From IMG/VR virus record IMGVR_UViG_3300032116_014939, positions 178,065 to 242,064 of that record: a stretch of 64,000 nucleotides of DNA. The stretch is one strand, 5' to 3'. The position numbers were made by a program, and so were the translations under genes. The number at the start of each line of letters is the position of its first letter. The stretch's first letter is position 1. Shown in pieces: positions 63,477-64,000 of this stretch. The notes under the pieces were generated by a model, which was not told the origin of the DNA, made no database searches, and saw only the letters and a list, made by a program, of their open reading frames with translations.

Positions 63477-63806
63477 TTTTCCAAAAAATTTCCCAAAATT
63501 TATTTTTTACATATAGGGAACATTTTAAAACAAAGGGTCGCTTTTCTAAAAAATTTTTCCAGGATTTTTTCGAGGGGATTATCCCCCCTTCTGACCCAAA
63601 AAACCCCCTATATAAGGGGGGATACGGGAGGGGGTACCCCATAGGTAGGGGTATAGGAGGGGGTAGTAGGGGGTGTTGATAACTTTTAATAAGTATCCCC
63701 TCCCCTTTACATTAGGTCACATCCTTTTACCACTGCTACTATGGTAACCATTAGTAGGCAGTATAGGATGATTGCTTGATTGGGTGTGATGGTAAATCGT
63801 TTCATA
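63477..63806. other. non-coding region of G/C runs and palindromes
   Basis: About 330 bp without a credible gene; CCCCCTATATAAGGGGG, GGGGTACCCC and many G4-G6 tracts on the + strand. Confidence 0.75.
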
Positions 63807-63995
63807 TTATCTTCTGTGTTTCTTAGGAGTACATTGGTGTTGTAGTTGGTTCTTCCCTTTGTTCACACGTTTAGTTTGTTTGTACATCTTCTGTTGTGTG
63901 TTAGAATGTTTCTTGTAGTTGTACCCATGTTGTGGGGTAGAACAAGATGTTAGTATAACGACTAACATGATTAGGGGTAGTATGTATTTCTTCAT
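63807..63995 (-). CDS. small basic lipoprotein
   Basis: Signal peptide with lipobox 'ILTS|C'; Lys/Arg/His-rich mature part. Confidence 0.75.
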   Translation of the reverse strand: MKKYILPLIMLVVILTSCSTPQHGYNYKKHSNTQQKMYKQTKRVNKGKNQLQHQCTPKKHRR

Positions 63996-64000
63996 AATGT

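Noticed and set aside
63460-63642. 60-aa - strand ORF in the G/C island
   Set aside because: It arises from homopolymer runs, with atypical codon use and no promoter motif.
1-64000. Alternative genetic code (stop-codon reassignment)
   Set aside because: Core genes are full length in code 11, and TAA, TAG and TGA all end genes at sensible places; no suppressor tRNA was seen.
1-64000. Prophage or bacterial chromosome origin (because of clpC, ppk2, ssrA, rpsU, rmlC)
   Set aside because: These genes are interspersed with T4-like head genes and phage-type motifs; there is no integrase, att site or bacterial operon context.
1-64000. Diversity-generating retroelement
   Set aside because: No reverse transcriptase was found, and no repeat pair differing mainly at adenines was noticed.

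Overview
This window is a 64-kb, very AT-rich segment of a large lytic T4-superfamily phage that uses the standard genetic code. The host is most likely a member of Bacteroidota: several genes carry TTTG-N19/20-TAnnTTTG promoters, no Shine-Dalgarno sites are evident, and the bS21 is Flavobacterium-like. All assignments come from reading motifs by eye; no searches were run. Layout: (i) 0.1-10 kb, + strand: two glycosyltransferases, a gp55-like sigma factor and baseplate/virion genes. (ii) 11.6-25 kb, - strand: the head module (major capsid, scaffold, gp21 protease, portal, large terminase) with an antisense ribosomal protein bS21 gene inside it. (iii) 25-34 kb: nucleotidyltransferase, KTSC protein, ClpC lacking its N-domain, M20/M28 peptidase, tmRNA with an atypical 21-aa tag, M15 peptidase, holin-T-like protein, tRNA-Arg(UCU) and an HNH nuclease. 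(iv) 34-64 kb: an accessory region of large putative ejected proteins and many small genes that share an N-terminal leader (MKKxxRLTESDLxxxxKxVxxE or MKYIITES) and an upstream TATTTAT motif. Top leads: a 22-aa Asn-rich leader peptide overlapping a terminator upstream of an AsnRS-like gene (an apparent asparagine-sensing attenuator in a phage, not in the ORF track); a PPK2-GH24 lysozyme fusion; a probable capsid-targeting leader system loading diverse cargo, including a T3 SAM-lyase-like protein; G-rich repeats separating gene cassettes; a tmRNA/ClpC pair; and a frame-shifting 11-bp repeat inside a DNA repair glycosylase gene.
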